DNA of 64,000 nucleotides. Source: Octopus vulgaris. Its lineage: Eukaryota. The position numbers were made by a program, and so were the translations under genes. Location of the stretch: contig OX597826.1 in the NCBI GenBank assembly GCA_951406725.2, positions 27,900,001 to 27,964,000 on the forward strand, read 5' to 3'. Shown piece after piece: positions 1-13,881 of the stretch; the first letter of the stretch is position 1; each line of letters starts with the position of its first letter. Under the pieces are notes generated by a model that saw nothing but the letters and a program-made list of their open reading frames with translations, had not been told where the DNA came from and made no database searches.

Positions 1-373
1 AAGGGATAGTCAATTAATCGACCTCAGTACTCAACTGGTATTTAATTTATCGACCCCGAAAAAATGAAAAGCTAAGTCGACCTCGGCGAAATTTGAACTC
101 AGAACGTAAAGACATACGAAATACCTATTTCTTTACTACCCACAGAGTAAACACAGAGGAGACAAACACGGACAGACAGACGGATTAAGTCGATTATATG
201 GACCCCAGTGCGTAACTGGTACTTAATTTATCGACCCCGAAAGGATGAAAAGCAAAGTCGACCTTGGCGGAATTTGAACTCAGAACATAACGGCAGACCA
301 AATTGTAAAGAGAGACGAAATACTGCTAAGCATTTCGCCCGGCGTGCTAACATTTCTGCTAGCTCGTCGCCTA
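1..373 (-). mobile_element. tRNA-derived SINE family A, two partial copies in tandem
   Basis: Reverse complement matches the consensus GGCGGCGAGCTGGCAGAA...GAGTTCAAATTCCGCCGAGGTCGACTTTGCCTTTCATCCTTTCGGGGTCGATAAATTAAGTACCAG, which recurs more than 10 times in the window. It has A/B-box-like motifs, and the central part resembles the Meta-type SINE domain (from memory). Confidence 0.85.
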
Positions 374-453
374 AACGATAATAATAATAATAAAGGTAAA
401 ATTTTCACTGACTTCAATAATAACAATGAAAATAAGAATAACAACAGAAATCA

Positions 454-504
<51 letters not shown>

Positions 505-573
505 GTATACATAGGAGATAAGGGTACGTTACGCCGCCTTAATATATATATAGAAGTCAAATATAAAATATTA

Positions 574-701
574 AATATAAATTACAAAGTGGGACAAGTC
601 CGGTTCCGACTGAAGGTTAGAGGCTTCGAGTGACCCGTCTGTTTTTTTGTGTCGTCTCTTTGTGTGTTTTTGCGTTCTTGTCCCACTTTGTAATTTATAT
701 T
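574..701. repeat. 25-bp inverted repeat around a ~78-bp spacer
   Basis: AATATAAATTACAAAGTGGGACAAG (574-598) versus CTTGTCCCACTTTGTAATTTATATT (677-701). Confidence 0.85.
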
Positions 702-734
702 ACAAAACACATGATTTATATTTATATTACCAAA

Positions 735-843
735 CACATGATTCCAGGATCAGTTCCATTGCGTGGCACCAAATGTCTTCTAGTATAGCCTCGTGTCGAC
801 CAAAGCCTTTTGAGTGGGTTTGATAGACGAAAAATGAAATAAG

Positions 844-882
<39 letters not shown>

Positions 883-1070
883 TTGTCGCCCACCACCTGA
901 TAACGAGATTGGTTTGTTTACATCCCCGTAAAGTTTAGGGAAAAGAAATTGACTGAATTAGTACCAAGCTTGACAAAAGTAAGTCCTGGGGTCCATTTGT
1001 TCGATTGACCCCTTCAAGGCGGCAACCCAGCATGGCTGCAGTCCAATCACTGAAGCAAGTAGAAGATTAA
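735..1070 (+). mobile_element. tRNA-derived SINE family B (CORE-like), diverged copy
   Basis: Matches the copies at 28475 and 32180, with an internal (GT)n and a GGCGGC..CCAGCATGGC.GCAGTC..ACTGAA tail. Confidence 0.75.
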
Positions 1071-1439
1071 AGGTGAGATAGATGCATGCTCCTATATACC
1101 AATGCATGTATTCTTTTCTGCATTAGGCACAAGACCCAAAGTTTTGGGGGAGGGGGCCAGTCGATTAGATCGACCCCAGTATGCAACTGGTACTTAATTT
1201 ATCGACCCCGAAAGGATGAAAGACAAAGACTTGTACTATGCATGTATTCGGTGTGAAAGTACGTCGAGGGACAAATCAAGTCTTTTATATTACAGTGTGT
1301 TTGAGATGATTGATACATACTCGGTCGGCTGTTGGCTACTTTCCCTTGGGGATATTAAATTCATGCTTACGCAGAAATTATGTCGTGTACCGTCTGCACA
1401 AACGCTCATGCAGAAGCATATATATCTATACGCGTGTAT

Positions 1440-1700
1440 GCGTAGGTATATGTTATCTGTTGTTTATCCGTATATATGTATAGTTATATATGCGTGTGTG
1501 TGTGTGTGTGTGCGCGTGCGGGAGGTGTGAGTGCGTGTGTTTGTACGTACATACATATATATATATAGATTCACATATACGTATAACACATACATGTATA
1601 CATATATAAAACAAATATATACATATATACATACATATATACATATATATGTATATGTATATATATGTATATATATATATATATATATACATACATATAT

Positions 1701-1749
<49 letters not shown>

Positions 1750-1849
1750 TGTTTACGTATATATACATAGAGAATAAAACTGATAAATTGACGTATCGAA
1801 TTTATATCATATGGATATGACTGTGTATGTTTATCTATAGATAGATACG

Positions 1850-1911
<62 letters not shown>

Positions 1912-2012
1912 TGCATATATATACACATATATATATATACATGTATATATACATGTATATCTACATATATATACGTATACATATATGTATATACATATAT
2001 AAATATATATAA

Positions 2013-2044
<32 letters not shown>

Positions 2045-2275
2045 GTACATGTATATATACATATATATACGTAAATATATATATACATATATATTATATA
2101 TATATGTACATATATATGTATATTTATGTACATATATATGTATATATATATACAACACACTTATGCATGCATATATGTAATAATATATGTATTCACGTAT
2201 GTATGAGTGCATGTCTATATATATGTATATATGTGTGTGTGTGCATGTGTGTGTGTGTGAATATGTGTGTGTGTA
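1440..2275. repeat. Compound (TA)n/(TG)n/(TACA)n microsatellite field
   Basis: Seen directly. Similar fields occur at about 5.7-6.8, 7.9-8.8, 17.7-18.6, 20.3-20.9, 33-37, 39.4-41.2, 42.5-43.2 and 56.2-58.0 kb. Confidence 0.95.
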
Positions 2276-2399
2276 ACGGCAGAAAGATGGGATCAGAACC
2301 GGATTTGATGATCGACTTAATCCTCTTAATATAAGACATGGGAACAACATTTACTGAGAATGTTTGTCGTCACAGCTGCTTGTGGTTAGTCTGTGGGCA

Positions 2400-2484
2400 G
2401 TGGAAGGAAGAGGAGGGGAAGGGGAGGAAGGGGAGGTGGCACGGGAGGAGGAAAAGAATGAAGAAGAGGAAGATGAAGAAAAAA

Positions 2485-2518
<34 letters not shown>

Positions 2519-2900
2519 TTGAGGAAGATCATGGTGATGATGATGATAATGATGAGGATGCGGATGATGATGATGTCGACGACGACGAAGAAAACGAAGA
2601 ATAAAAAATGAATCTAAAGAGAAGGAAAAAGGAAGTATTTGTAGAAGAAGAAGAAGAAGAAGAAAAAGAAATGATGACGATGATGATGACAACGATGTTG
2701 ATGATGATGGTGATGGTGGTGGTGGTAGTGGTGGTAGTGATGGTGGTTATGTATGTAGCAAAACTGATTATGATTATAGTAATGATGATCGTGATGTAGA
2801 AGGAGGAGGAAAGGAGAGAGATAAGAATGGAATGCATGAGAAAGAACAAGAAGCAATATCAGGGGATGGAGAGGAAAGGAAGAAATATATTAAAAATATA
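2400..2900. repeat. (GAT)n/(GAA)n/(GGT)n low-complexity tract
   Basis: Triplet runs that produce spurious poly-D/E/H ORFs. Confidence 0.9.
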
Positions 2901-3069
2901 AGGGAATTATATGCATCAGAAAACTGTAATGGCGTGGGACGAAGAGAAATGACGAAGCAATGGTGGAACTGGTCATTAGCAGAATTTAACGGAATCTAAG
3001 ATTACTTTCATAAGAAGACACAATATTAATAATGATAACAATAACAGCAAAAATAGTAATTATTGGGCA

Positions 3070-4790
3070 TTTCCAAATCAGCCATCCAACTGACTTCTTT
3101 ACCACTGCAGATATAAAATCAGAGGCATCGATGATTGATTACATCAATATAAAGGAAGACGATGTAATAAAGGCTATAGATGAAATGAAAACAAACTCAG
3201 CTACTGGCCCCGATGGATTCCCGGCAATCCTTCTAAAAGTATGTAAGAGAGTCCTAGCAAGACCACTGCAGTTCCTCTTTCAGAGCTTCCTTGCAACTGG
3301 CAAACTTCCAAGAAATCTGAAGGAAGGTAAAATATGCCCTATTCATAAAGGAGGTAGCGGAGGCCAAGAACTACAGACCTATCTCTCTGACCTCACACAT
3401 CAGCAAGGTCATGGAACGAATAGTCAGAAGGAAACTAATCACCTTCCTTGAAGAAAATGACTTGCTGTCTGACACCCAACATGGTTTCCGACCAGGAAGA
3501 AGCTGCCTAACTCAGCTCCTACAACACTATGACAGGGTGCTGAAACGACTGCTCAACCACTTAAAATGTGGAAGTGATATATCTCGACTTTGCAAAGGCC
3601 TTTGATAAAGTCGATCATGGAATGATGTGTCACAAACTGCGTGATCTTGGCATAGTTGGAAAATTGGGAGAATGGCTTCATGACTGCCATTAACTTCCAC
3701 TTCCATTAACACGCAAATAGTGAGCGGTGTTCCGCAGGGCACTGTTCATAATGGCCCTCTCAGACATGCCCTCAGCCACGCAGAGAGCCATGATCACAAG
3801 TTATGCAGATGATACAAAAGTTTCACAGGCAATACAGAACACTGAAGACACTAAACACCTGCAATGTGAGCTGGACAAAATATACAAGTGGGCTGAAAAG
3901 AATAGCATGCAGTTCAATGCTGAAAAGTTTCAAGCTTTATGCTATCAGCATACAAAACTAAATGCAATACCCAATGAATACACTGGACCCGGAGGGATTG
4001 CAATCCCAGAGGCACAATCAGTGCATGACCTGGGTATTTACATGAGTGATGAAGCAACCTTTCATGTACATGTTGCTAAATTGGCAATGACATGTAGACG
4101 ACTGGCCGGATGGATTCTTAGAACCTTTAGAACAAGAGAACAAGAAACCATGATGGTCCTCTGGAGGACACTTGTCCTAAGCCACTTTGACTATTGCTCT
4201 CAGCTATGGTCACCATCCAGTGTCAAGTTGATCACAGAACTTGAGGCGATCCAACGAAGCTACACGAAGAAGATGGCCTCTGTGCAGCATATAAGCTACT
4301 GGGAAAGACTCAAGAGATTAAAACTCTATTCCTTGGAGCGTAGGCGAGAAATATATGCCATAATATACATCTGGTAGATCCTGGAAGGACTTGTCCCAAA
4401 CTTTGGCATCGAGAGTTACACAAATGCCAGAACTGGGCGCCACTGCGTGGTGCCAAGGACTCCAAATTTGCCATCAAGATGTAGGACAAGATACAGCTCT
4501 TCAATGTCCTCCCGAAGAACCTTAGGGACCTGCATGGGGTGGATGCGGATATCTTTAAAGTAGGACTGGATCTCTTCCTGTCAGGTGTCCCGGATGAACC
4601 AACTTCACGGCAGGAGGTGCAGATGAGGGCAGCTGCTTCGAACTCTCTCATGCACCAAATGGCAGTTGCTAAAAAGCATTCGTGAAGTAAAATCATGTAG
4701 CAACACCAAATGGCGGTGCCCCAGCATGGCCACAGCTCGTGAGCTGAAACTAGATAAAATAAAATAAAAAATAAAATAAAATAATAAATA
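3070..4790 (+). mobile_element. 5'-truncated, frameshifted CR1/L2-group LINE (RT domain, C-terminus and 3' tail)
   Basis: Overlapping ORFs 3032-3451 (SATGPDGFPAILLK), 3411-3605 (QHGFRPGRSCLTQLL), an F.KAFDKVDH motif near 3590, SGVPQG near 3722 and 3727-4377 (YADDTK, LYSLERRRE). Ends in an A-rich (TAAAA)n tail. Confidence 0.92.
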
Positions 4791-4855
4791 TAATAACAAA
4801 AACAACAACACCAACACCACCAATAATAATAATAAGAGTAGTAGTAGTAGTAGTG

Positions 4856-4933
<78 letters not shown>

Positions 4934-4934
4934 A

Positions 4935-5460
4935 TGGAATAACAACAGAAAAAAGATGGTATAGGCACATGCCAGGAAAAGTCACAGATAACGAGAAAGC
5001 AACCATACTCTGGGATATGCCGATACACACAGATAGAGAAATTAGGCCAATAAGCCAGATATAGTTGTCAGAGATCATGAAAAAAAATTATTTCTAATTG
5101 ATGTATCAATACCAGCAGATGACAACGTGCCTCTAAAAGAAATGGAGAAACTTTCAAAATACAAAGGCCTGGAAATAGTGTAACTCGAATGTGGAATCTA
5201 AAAACAGAAACAATTCCTATCATAGTGGGCGCATTAGGTATGATAAAAAAATTTTCAGACAAATGCATAACAAAAACACCAGGACTTAAAAATATATATA
5301 ACATACAGAAAATTGCACTACTGGGCACTGCACACATCCTACACAAAACACTTTCAATACAGTAACCATAAGAGCATCACAACAAACCACAGCACATACC
5401 CAAGGCACACAGAGCTGCGCTCGGTAGTGAAGTGAAAGCACGCTGTAAAAATAAGACTAG

Positions 5461-5462
<2 letters not shown>
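4935..5462 (+). mobile_element. R4/Dong-type non-LTR retrotransposon 3' fragment (restriction-like endonuclease plus 3' UTR)
   Basis: Manual translation with frameshifts gives WYRH.P.KV..NEKATILWDMPIHTDREI..NKPDIVVRD...LIDVSIP.D...KE.EKLSKYK.L...MWNLKTETIPIIVGALG. Flanked by (TAG)n on the left and (AAT)n on the right. Confidence 0.85.
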
Positions 5463-5559
<97 letters not shown>

Positions 5560-5737
5560 TACCCTCAACAATCCTTATTCAGATACCTTTTGAACGGGAT
5601 GGGCTACTCGACCAGAAGAAAATTCTAACTGGGCCCCAACTGCAAGGTCATGCTCTGTTTATCCTGGTGTCGATTTGCTCGACTAAAGGCGGTGCTCCAG
5701 CATGGTCGCACTCAAATTACCGAAACAAGGAAAAGAG

Positions 5738-5797
<60 letters not shown>

Positions 5798-6040
5798 TGG
5801 CCTGTCTATACAAGGGTGTGTTTGTATACGTTTAAACAGATAAATGATTATTTTTCGCGAAGACACATTCTTGTGCAGTATTGAAGAATACAATCGCGGA
5901 TAATTGTTTATCTAGGAAAATTCACATTGTGTAAGGAACAGAACTATCTCTTAGTGAAATATCCAGACAGGACCATACACGCATATGTACGTACGTAGAC
6001 AAATAGAAAGATAGAGACATACAAAGACAAAGGATTTCAG

Positions 6041-6102
<62 letters not shown>

Positions 6103-6138
6103 TATATGTATATATATATATATGTATATATATGTATG

Positions 6139-6171
<33 letters not shown>

Positions 6172-6195
6172 AATACATATACACATATATGTATG

Positions 6196-6241
<46 letters not shown>

Positions 6242-6578
6242 GATATATACATATACATACATTCATACACGTGTGTGTCTTTGTGTAAGTATATTTGTGT
6301 GTGTATTTATATATATTACACAGAGTTTACGATTGCATCGCCCGAAGCATCATCTTGGCAAAGTCAGACCACATACGTGTCTTTGATTTTTCAAGAATCT
6401 ACTTGCAAACAATGCACACGCAAACACACACACACACACACAAACACACACGCAAACACACACATATGCACACAGTCACACACACATACATATACACACA
6501 TACATACACAAAAGAAAAGAGAAAAGGCAAATGCAAATATCATTGCCCACACTTGCTCACATACCTATCTGTCTATCT

Positions 6579-6644
<66 letters not shown>

Positions 6645-6717
6645 TATACATCTACGTATCCATATTCATACTTACATTTAGAAAGAGATGACAATGGAGC
6701 GAGAGAGGTGTGTGTGA

Positions 6718-6759
<42 letters not shown>

Positions 6760-7329
6760 AACACATTTATCTTATCTTAATGTATTTCGATTAAGAGTTT
6801 TACATCGCTTGGGGAATGTCTGGGCGTTATTATATACCTATTCATATAAATCGCTTTAAAAAAGAAGCTTAACTTCTCTATTCATAAAAATTTTGTTGTT
6901 TACAATATTTTCTTCAAAATATTATTTTTCTCATATTCCTAATTACTATTCCTTATTTATTGTGTTTACCTTTTTATATATATATATATCGTTTATACGT
7001 CTTTAATTATATATATAATTTGTAAATTTTTCCCTAAATATTTTCTTAATTACTGTGTTTATAATTTGCATTTTTAGAAATGTTATTGTATTTATTTTTT
7101 ATATGTATTTTAAATATTTTGTTTTTTTCTGTGTTTATAATTTTGTTTAATGTTTAGTACTTGTGTATACAATTTATTTCGATGTTTTTTATGGAATTGA
7201 TATATTTCTACATTGTATTATTGTTTTTATTTCAAATTTCTCCTTCATTTCATTTCTTAATGTAGAATTTTTTTTTACTGTTATTTTTTTTATTACCTTT
7301 ATTATTCCTATGGTTAATAGTGTTATTAT

Positions 7330-7577
7330 GACTGGCATCATGATCATCTCCATCATCATCCTCATTAACATCGTCTTCGTTGTCGTCGTCGTCCCTCTAC
7401 TACTCCTACACCTCCCCTCCTCCTCATCATCATCTTCACCTTCATCATCATCATCACCATTCTTATCATCAATATGTTGTCGGTGTCGCATTCCTTCCTC
7501 CCCTCCTCCTCCTCCTCTTCTTTTTCTTCTTTTCCTTCTGTTTGTTGTTGTTGTTGTTCTTCTTCTTCTTCTTCTTC

Positions 7578-7663
<86 letters not shown>

Positions 7664-7736
7664 GTTATTATTATCATTATTATTATTGTTGTTGTTGCTG
7701 TTGTCTTTATTATTATTATTATCATTATTATTATTA

Positions 7737-7768
<32 letters not shown>

Positions 7769-7770
7769 GC
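7330..7770. repeat. Compound triplet microsatellite (CAT/CCT/GTT/CTT/ATT)
   Basis: Seen directly. Confidence 0.95.
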
Positions 7771-7970
7771 GTATTTGTAAATATTTTCTTTTCTTTTGTT
7801 TAAATTTATTTAAAAAATATTAATTGTACTTATACATTGGTGTTAATTATTTTTTAAATACTTTTTAAAAGGGATATAAATGCTTATATACATACACACA
7901 CAAACAAACACACACACATACATACACACAAACATCGGTATGTATATATGTATAAATGTGTATATATGAA

Positions 7971-8061
<91 letters not shown>

Positions 8062-8668
8062 TTATGAATATATATCCATATATATATATATATATATATT
8101 ATATCATACAATGCGCATATTTTTTATTCACTGCTTAATTTTTTTTTTTTTTTTTTGCTTTATCTATTTCGTTCCTTACAATATAGTGCCGTTGTATATT
8201 TTTGATATTTTTGATGTTTAGAATTTTTAGAAATATCATCAATACATGTTTACTATTTCATTTATATTTTTTTAATTTTTGTTAAGTTTTGTTACACACA
8301 TTTTTCTTTTATTTTGTGCTCACAATTTTTTCTTTTAGATTATTATTTTTCAATGCAGTTTTTTTATTATATTTTTCTCGATATTTTCTCATTTCTTTCA
8401 TTACACTTTTTATTTGATTTTTTTTAAAGAGAATTTCCCATATGATAGAGTCAATTAGATTCCTGTTTTGTTTATGCCAATATTTATGTTTTTTCCCCGT
8501 AACACTTATGTTTCATAAGCGTTCGTATTTTATTCCATTTCTTAAATATGGTCGAATGTATACAAACGTATATGTATATACATATATATACATATACATA
8601 CACACACATATATATGTATATATATATACATACATATATATATATATATATTTAATATATTTATATAC

Positions 8669-8724
<56 letters not shown>

Positions 8725-9588
8725 GTATGTATATATATGTATGTAGTATGTAGTACATATATAATGTATGTATGTATGTATATATATGTATGTAGTATGT
8801 GTTTATGTATGTATACACAATAGGAAGAGGAAAACGCCTCGAGCTAGCGTTTCGCATGATATGTATAATACACTGAAGGCTTTCGAATATTTAATGCAGT
8901 GGATGGAGGAGTAATAAAATAAACAGCAGAGGTTTTCCTGGGCAATTTGAAGACAAATTTAAGAAGGAATAAATCTTTTATCGTATGTTTGCTTCTGTCA
9001 TTTGATTGTGGACCATCCTGAGGCAACGCCTTGAAAATCTTATTCAAACGAATCGACCCAATATCTAATTCTTTTTTTATTAACATCTTTTTAAAACCTG
9101 GTGATTTTTTTATTGGTCTTTTTAGCCGAACCGCAATGTAACACGGTGTAAACACACTAACACTGGTTATCAAAAGGAAGAGGGGAACAAAGACAGGAAC
9201 GAAGGCACACACACATGTTTATGTGTGTGTATATAAATATATATGTATATATATAATATTAGTTGAGTTAGAGGTTGGAATAATGTCTAAGGGATAAAAA
9301 TATCCGTTTTACTACTGGTGTAATTACCTATGTTAACCCTGGGAATACATATACAAGCATATTATGCTCATAGGTTACAGGCAATGGCAAAGATATACGT
9401 GAGTTTATCAGGAATCAAATTTAAAGTAAATTTCTCCATTTTCTATTTACTTTAATTATGTATATGTATATGAATATTATACATATATATATATATATAT
9501 ACACTTACATATTTTAAAATATATGTATACACACCCGTCTTCGTCTTTTGTTTATTTTCTGTAAATTTTAACTATATATATATGTGTG

Positions 9589-9673
<85 letters not shown>

Positions 9674-9717
9674 TAGATATATAGTATAATAAGGAATAGA
9701 AAGTCCGTGGTATATTT

Positions 9718-10032
9718 GAAAAATGACTAGAGATGACTTTTGTGGTAATTTTTCCACTTCATAATTTGATGTTTTTAAGTTTACAAAAAGGTGACTCTGA
9801 TATGAGTTACTCGCTTAAAAGCAGTTTCCAAAATTATATTTAATAGCTTGTTATTGACTATTTAACATTGTATAACATTGTATAACATAACATCGTATAA
9901 CAAACTCTAAAGTGTCACTTTGAACACCGATTTTAATCTAATAAGTCCTTTCCAAGTCACCTTTTGTAAACTTATAGACATCTAATTATCAATGTGGAAA
10001 AATTATCAGAAAAGCCATTTCTATTCATTTTT
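9718..10032. mobile_element. MITE-like element with ~78-bp imperfect inverted arms
   Basis: 9718-9797 (AAAATGACTAGAGATGACTTTT...AAGTTTACAAAAAGGTGACT) is the imperfect reverse complement of 9954-10032 (AAGTCACCTTTTGTAAACTT...CATTTCTATTCATTTT). Confidence 0.7.
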
Positions 10033-10039
10033 TACATCC

Positions 10040-10355
10040 TTCATGTTTGTTTTCGTTCGGTTTCCTTGTATGTCTCCACTGTCCTGTTTTTGTTACCACC
10101 TTTGACCCTCTGCAAATCCCAAATTTTACTTTGTCTGCGGGAGCAACTGCACTTCAAAGACTCGTATTGTCGTTCAATGCTCGAAATGAGAAGTTGATAG
10201 ACAGCCGACAACTGATGAAGGGTCGTTCTTTATGTTACTTGTTTTCCATTTGTTTCTCTCGTTGTTTATGTATTCAACTCTTTTGTTTTCGTATTTTCTA
10301 TTGTTTACGGTTTGTGACGTCCTGTACCCATATATGCTGACGTCCTGTACCCATG
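10040..10355 (+). repeat. Diverged relative of the repeat at 30991-32155
   Basis: Shares CTGTCCTGTTTTTGTTACCA...CAAATTTTA...CGAAA...CTGA.GAAGGG...TCCTGTACCCATAT in the same order. Confidence 0.6.
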
Positions 10356-10721
10356 TGTGCTGCAACGAAAACCATTCCAGCGTGGAACATGTTTATAAGC
10401 CATTTAAAACACGCAAAACTTTCAACATTTAAATTTAATTTACCAAAATCTGATGCAGCATGGAATTTTGTCAGTGAACAGGTCACGGTCTCAAAGCGAT
10501 GAAAATATTTGGGCAAATTAAATTTAAATGTTGAAGTGAATCTAACGTTTTTTGTTTTTTTGTTTTTTTTTTGATGACTTATAAACACCTTCCACGCTGC
10601 AATTTGTTTTTGTTTCAGCACACGATTTCAGATCAGGTCACTTGCTATGTAAGTACATCTCTGTGTGTGTGTGTGTGTGTGTGTGTGTTTGTGTGTGTGT
10701 GTATGTGTGTGTGTGTGCGTT

Positions 10722-10829
<108 letters not shown>

Positions 10830-11099
10830 TGTGTGTGCTTACACATTTGCCCTTGTAATCGTGGGTGTCCCACATATACACATATCGCTTGAGAACCGAT
10901 GTTAATTTGTTTATGTTTCCATAACTTAGAGTTTCTGCAAAAGAAACCCGGCAAAATAAGTTCTATACTTCAACGTTAATATTAGGTGCCGATTTGTTCG
11001 GCTAAATATCTCCAAGATGGGGCCCCACCATGGCTGCAGTCCAATGACTGAAACATGATTAAAGATTATAGATTATAGAATGAAGTGCTTCACTATAAT

Positions 11100-11480
11100 A
11101 GGTGCATGCTTCATGTTTCCTGGTTCAGTCCCTCTGCGTTGCACATGTCTTCTAATATAGCCACGGGCCGGCCAAAGTCTTGCTTTGGAAGACGGATTTT
11201 GGAAGTGGATTTGGAAGACGGAAACTGAAAGAAGCTCGTCGAATGTATATGTGTGCATATATCTATGTGTATGTATTTGTGTCTGTGTTTGTCCTACCCT
11301 CACCACTTGCGAACTGGTTTTGGTGTGTTTGAGGCCCCTTAACTTAGCGTTTCAGTGAAATAAAGCGATAGAATAAGAGGTAGACTTAAAAAAGTAATAC
11401 TGGTGTCGATTCAATCAACTAAAAGAATCAAGGCGGTGCCCCAACGACTGAAACAAGTAAAAGATAAAAGATAAAAGATA
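11100..11480 (+). mobile_element. SINE family B, diverged
   Basis: GACGGAAACTGAAAGAAGC...GGCGGTGCCCCA...GACTGAAACAAGTAAAAG. Confidence 0.75.
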
Positions 11481-11733
11481 TCTTCCATTGTGAAGGACGG
11501 CATAGATGTGTGTGTGTATATGTGTGTGATAAGGAGGATTTGGCTACTATTTTTAGGAGGCCGTTTGAACGACCACATTGTGGCTTCTGCCTTATCGAAA
11601 GCCAGAAATATGGCTGCGTGAGGATTATATGACACTTTTGAATGGAAGAACACGTGTGAGAGGGGCGGACGAGGATGGAGGGTCTGTACGTATGTCTGTG
11701 TGATAAGAAGCGACCTTCAAAAATACGAATTAT

Positions 11734-11734
<1 letters not shown>

Positions 11735-11791
<57 letters not shown>

Positions 11792-11860
11792 AGGTGGTGG
11801 TGGTAGAGGCGGTGGTTGCTGTGGTAATAGTAGTAGTGCTTGTAGTAACACAAGTAGTAA

Positions 11861-11891
<31 letters not shown>

Positions 11892-12003
11892 TGTTGTTGT
11901 TGTTGTTGTTGTTGTTTTTGTTGTAGCAGCAGCAGTAGGGGTGGTGGTAGTAATAGTTGCAGTACTCGTAGTAACACATGTAGTTGTTGTAGTAGTAGTA
12001 GTT

Positions 12004-12086
<83 letters not shown>

Positions 12087-12130
12087 GGTGGTGGTGGTGG
12101 TTATGGTGGTGGTGGTGGTGGTGGTGGAAG
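11735..12130. repeat. (TAG)n/(GTT)n/(GGT)n compound microsatellite
   Basis: Seen directly. Confidence 0.95.
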
Positions 12131-12289
12131 TAATCGATGGCATCGTCGGATAGAATGGTATGTGGATAGACAATATAATCTTTTCAAAGCTCTTCGAGAG
12201 CTTAGTCCCTCGGTGGGGCAGTGGAGAAGGTTTCTTTAGTCCCGTGCCAACCAATATCTCGTCAGTAGTAAAATTGGTAGACGGGAACT

Positions 12290-12614
12290 GTGTGTTTGAC
12301 ATGTTTCCCTCTCGGACACCCTTTCATGGAGCCGAAGAGATGATAGTCCAGTGGCGATAATTGTCCAGTGACGATGCTAGTCCAGTGACGAAGCAGTGAA
12401 GTGGATCAAAGAATAGTCAACAGAATTTTACGGTGCAGGGATACATGCTCTCATTCGAAGGTGAAACATTGCTACTGAGAGAAACGGTGAATATGTTGAG
12501 AAGTAGGGTTATGATCCACAGAGGATCAGTTTCCTTTTCATGTATGATACATTTCTTGTATTGGTAATTATACCTGTCCTAAACAAAATGGCATTACGTT
12601 TTGACTCACCCTCG
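12290..12614 (+). mobile_element. Mariner-type transposon 3' remnant with right TIR
   Basis: Translation SSDEAVK..WIKE*STEFYGAGIHALIRR*NIATERNGEYVEK* matches the mariner C-terminus pattern (FY..GI..L..RW......G.Y.E). Ends TTTTGACTCACCCTCG|TA, a mariner-like TIR followed by TA. Confidence 0.75.
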
Positions 12615-12726
12615 TATATACTGTGTGTGTGTAAGTCTATGCGTGTGTATCATTGCAAATATACATACGCATGTTGCTTAATCTTCAGTTGTATACATAC
12701 ATATTTTTATGACTATAAATCAAGTG

Positions 12727-12778
<52 letters not shown>

Positions 12779-13137
12779 TGTTTGTGTGTCTGTGTGTGTG
12801 TGCGTGTGCGTGTGTGTGAGAATACATATATATGTTATACACACACAAGCACGCACACACACACGTGCCCACACGCACAGATATACTCCCATACATACAC
12901 ATATATATATATGTGTGTATATATATATGTGTGTGTATATACATATATATATATATATAGTAGTGTGCGTGTATATATACATACATACATACCAATATAT
13001 ATGTGTTTATGTTTTCGTTTCTCATTGTGTTCAACGTTTTTTTGGTGTCCTGTACCCATATATGCGTGTATATATACATGTAGAGGTAGGTACGTACATA
13101 TATGTATGTATATATGCATATGTTTTATTTATTAATT

Positions 13138-13177
<40 letters not shown>

Positions 13178-13459
13178 AAACACAAAGAAACACATACACA
13201 CCTTCATACTCACACACAGACACGAACATGCACAAACATAAGCATCCCTCTCTCTCTCTCTCCCTTTATATATATATGCACACATACGTACATATATGTA
13301 CATTTGGGTATCTTTGCGGTTGGTGTACGTCTTATCAAGTCATGTTATCTTCCACCGAGAAGTACCTGATGGTCGAATTTCTGCAACTTACAGATCGTTT
13401 TTAATCAACGTTCCCGTCCACATCCTGTCCCGTAGAACTCCTAGACTTGTTGTTTATAT

Positions 13460-13508
<49 letters not shown>

Positions 13509-13881
13509 AGGGGGGTTATGTTTCTGTGTGCGTGTGTACGTATATAAGTGAATGGGCCACATACGCCGTTTGCTTGAGTGGCTGGGGAAGTGTGGGCGTA
13601 ATAGTCTGGCCGCCTGGCGGAGAGTCTGTGCGACGGCCAGACTGTCTGACAAGTTGTTTTCCTTCTTTAGATACACGTCTGTGGGAATGGATGAATGAAA
13701 GGCAAGAGAGAATCGTTCATGAATATATATATATATGTTAGTATATATGTGTGTATATACACGGCTAATACACGGTGTCAGGTCTAATAGTTCCTGAGAA
13801 AAAAGATTATTTGTAAGGGAGCTAAGTAGAGATGTGAGTGGTGTAGGACGTGTATAGGGGTTAGTGGTTTCAATTGAAGAG

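Noticed and set aside
1453-2350. Many long YI/CV/HT-repeat ORFs here and throughout the window (e.g. 34310-35212)
   Set aside because: They are stop-free translations of dinucleotide microsatellites on both strands and have no coding complexity.
2338-2856. Acidic and poly-His ORFs
   Set aside because: Produced by (GAT)n/(GAA)n tracts, with no domain or splice evidence.
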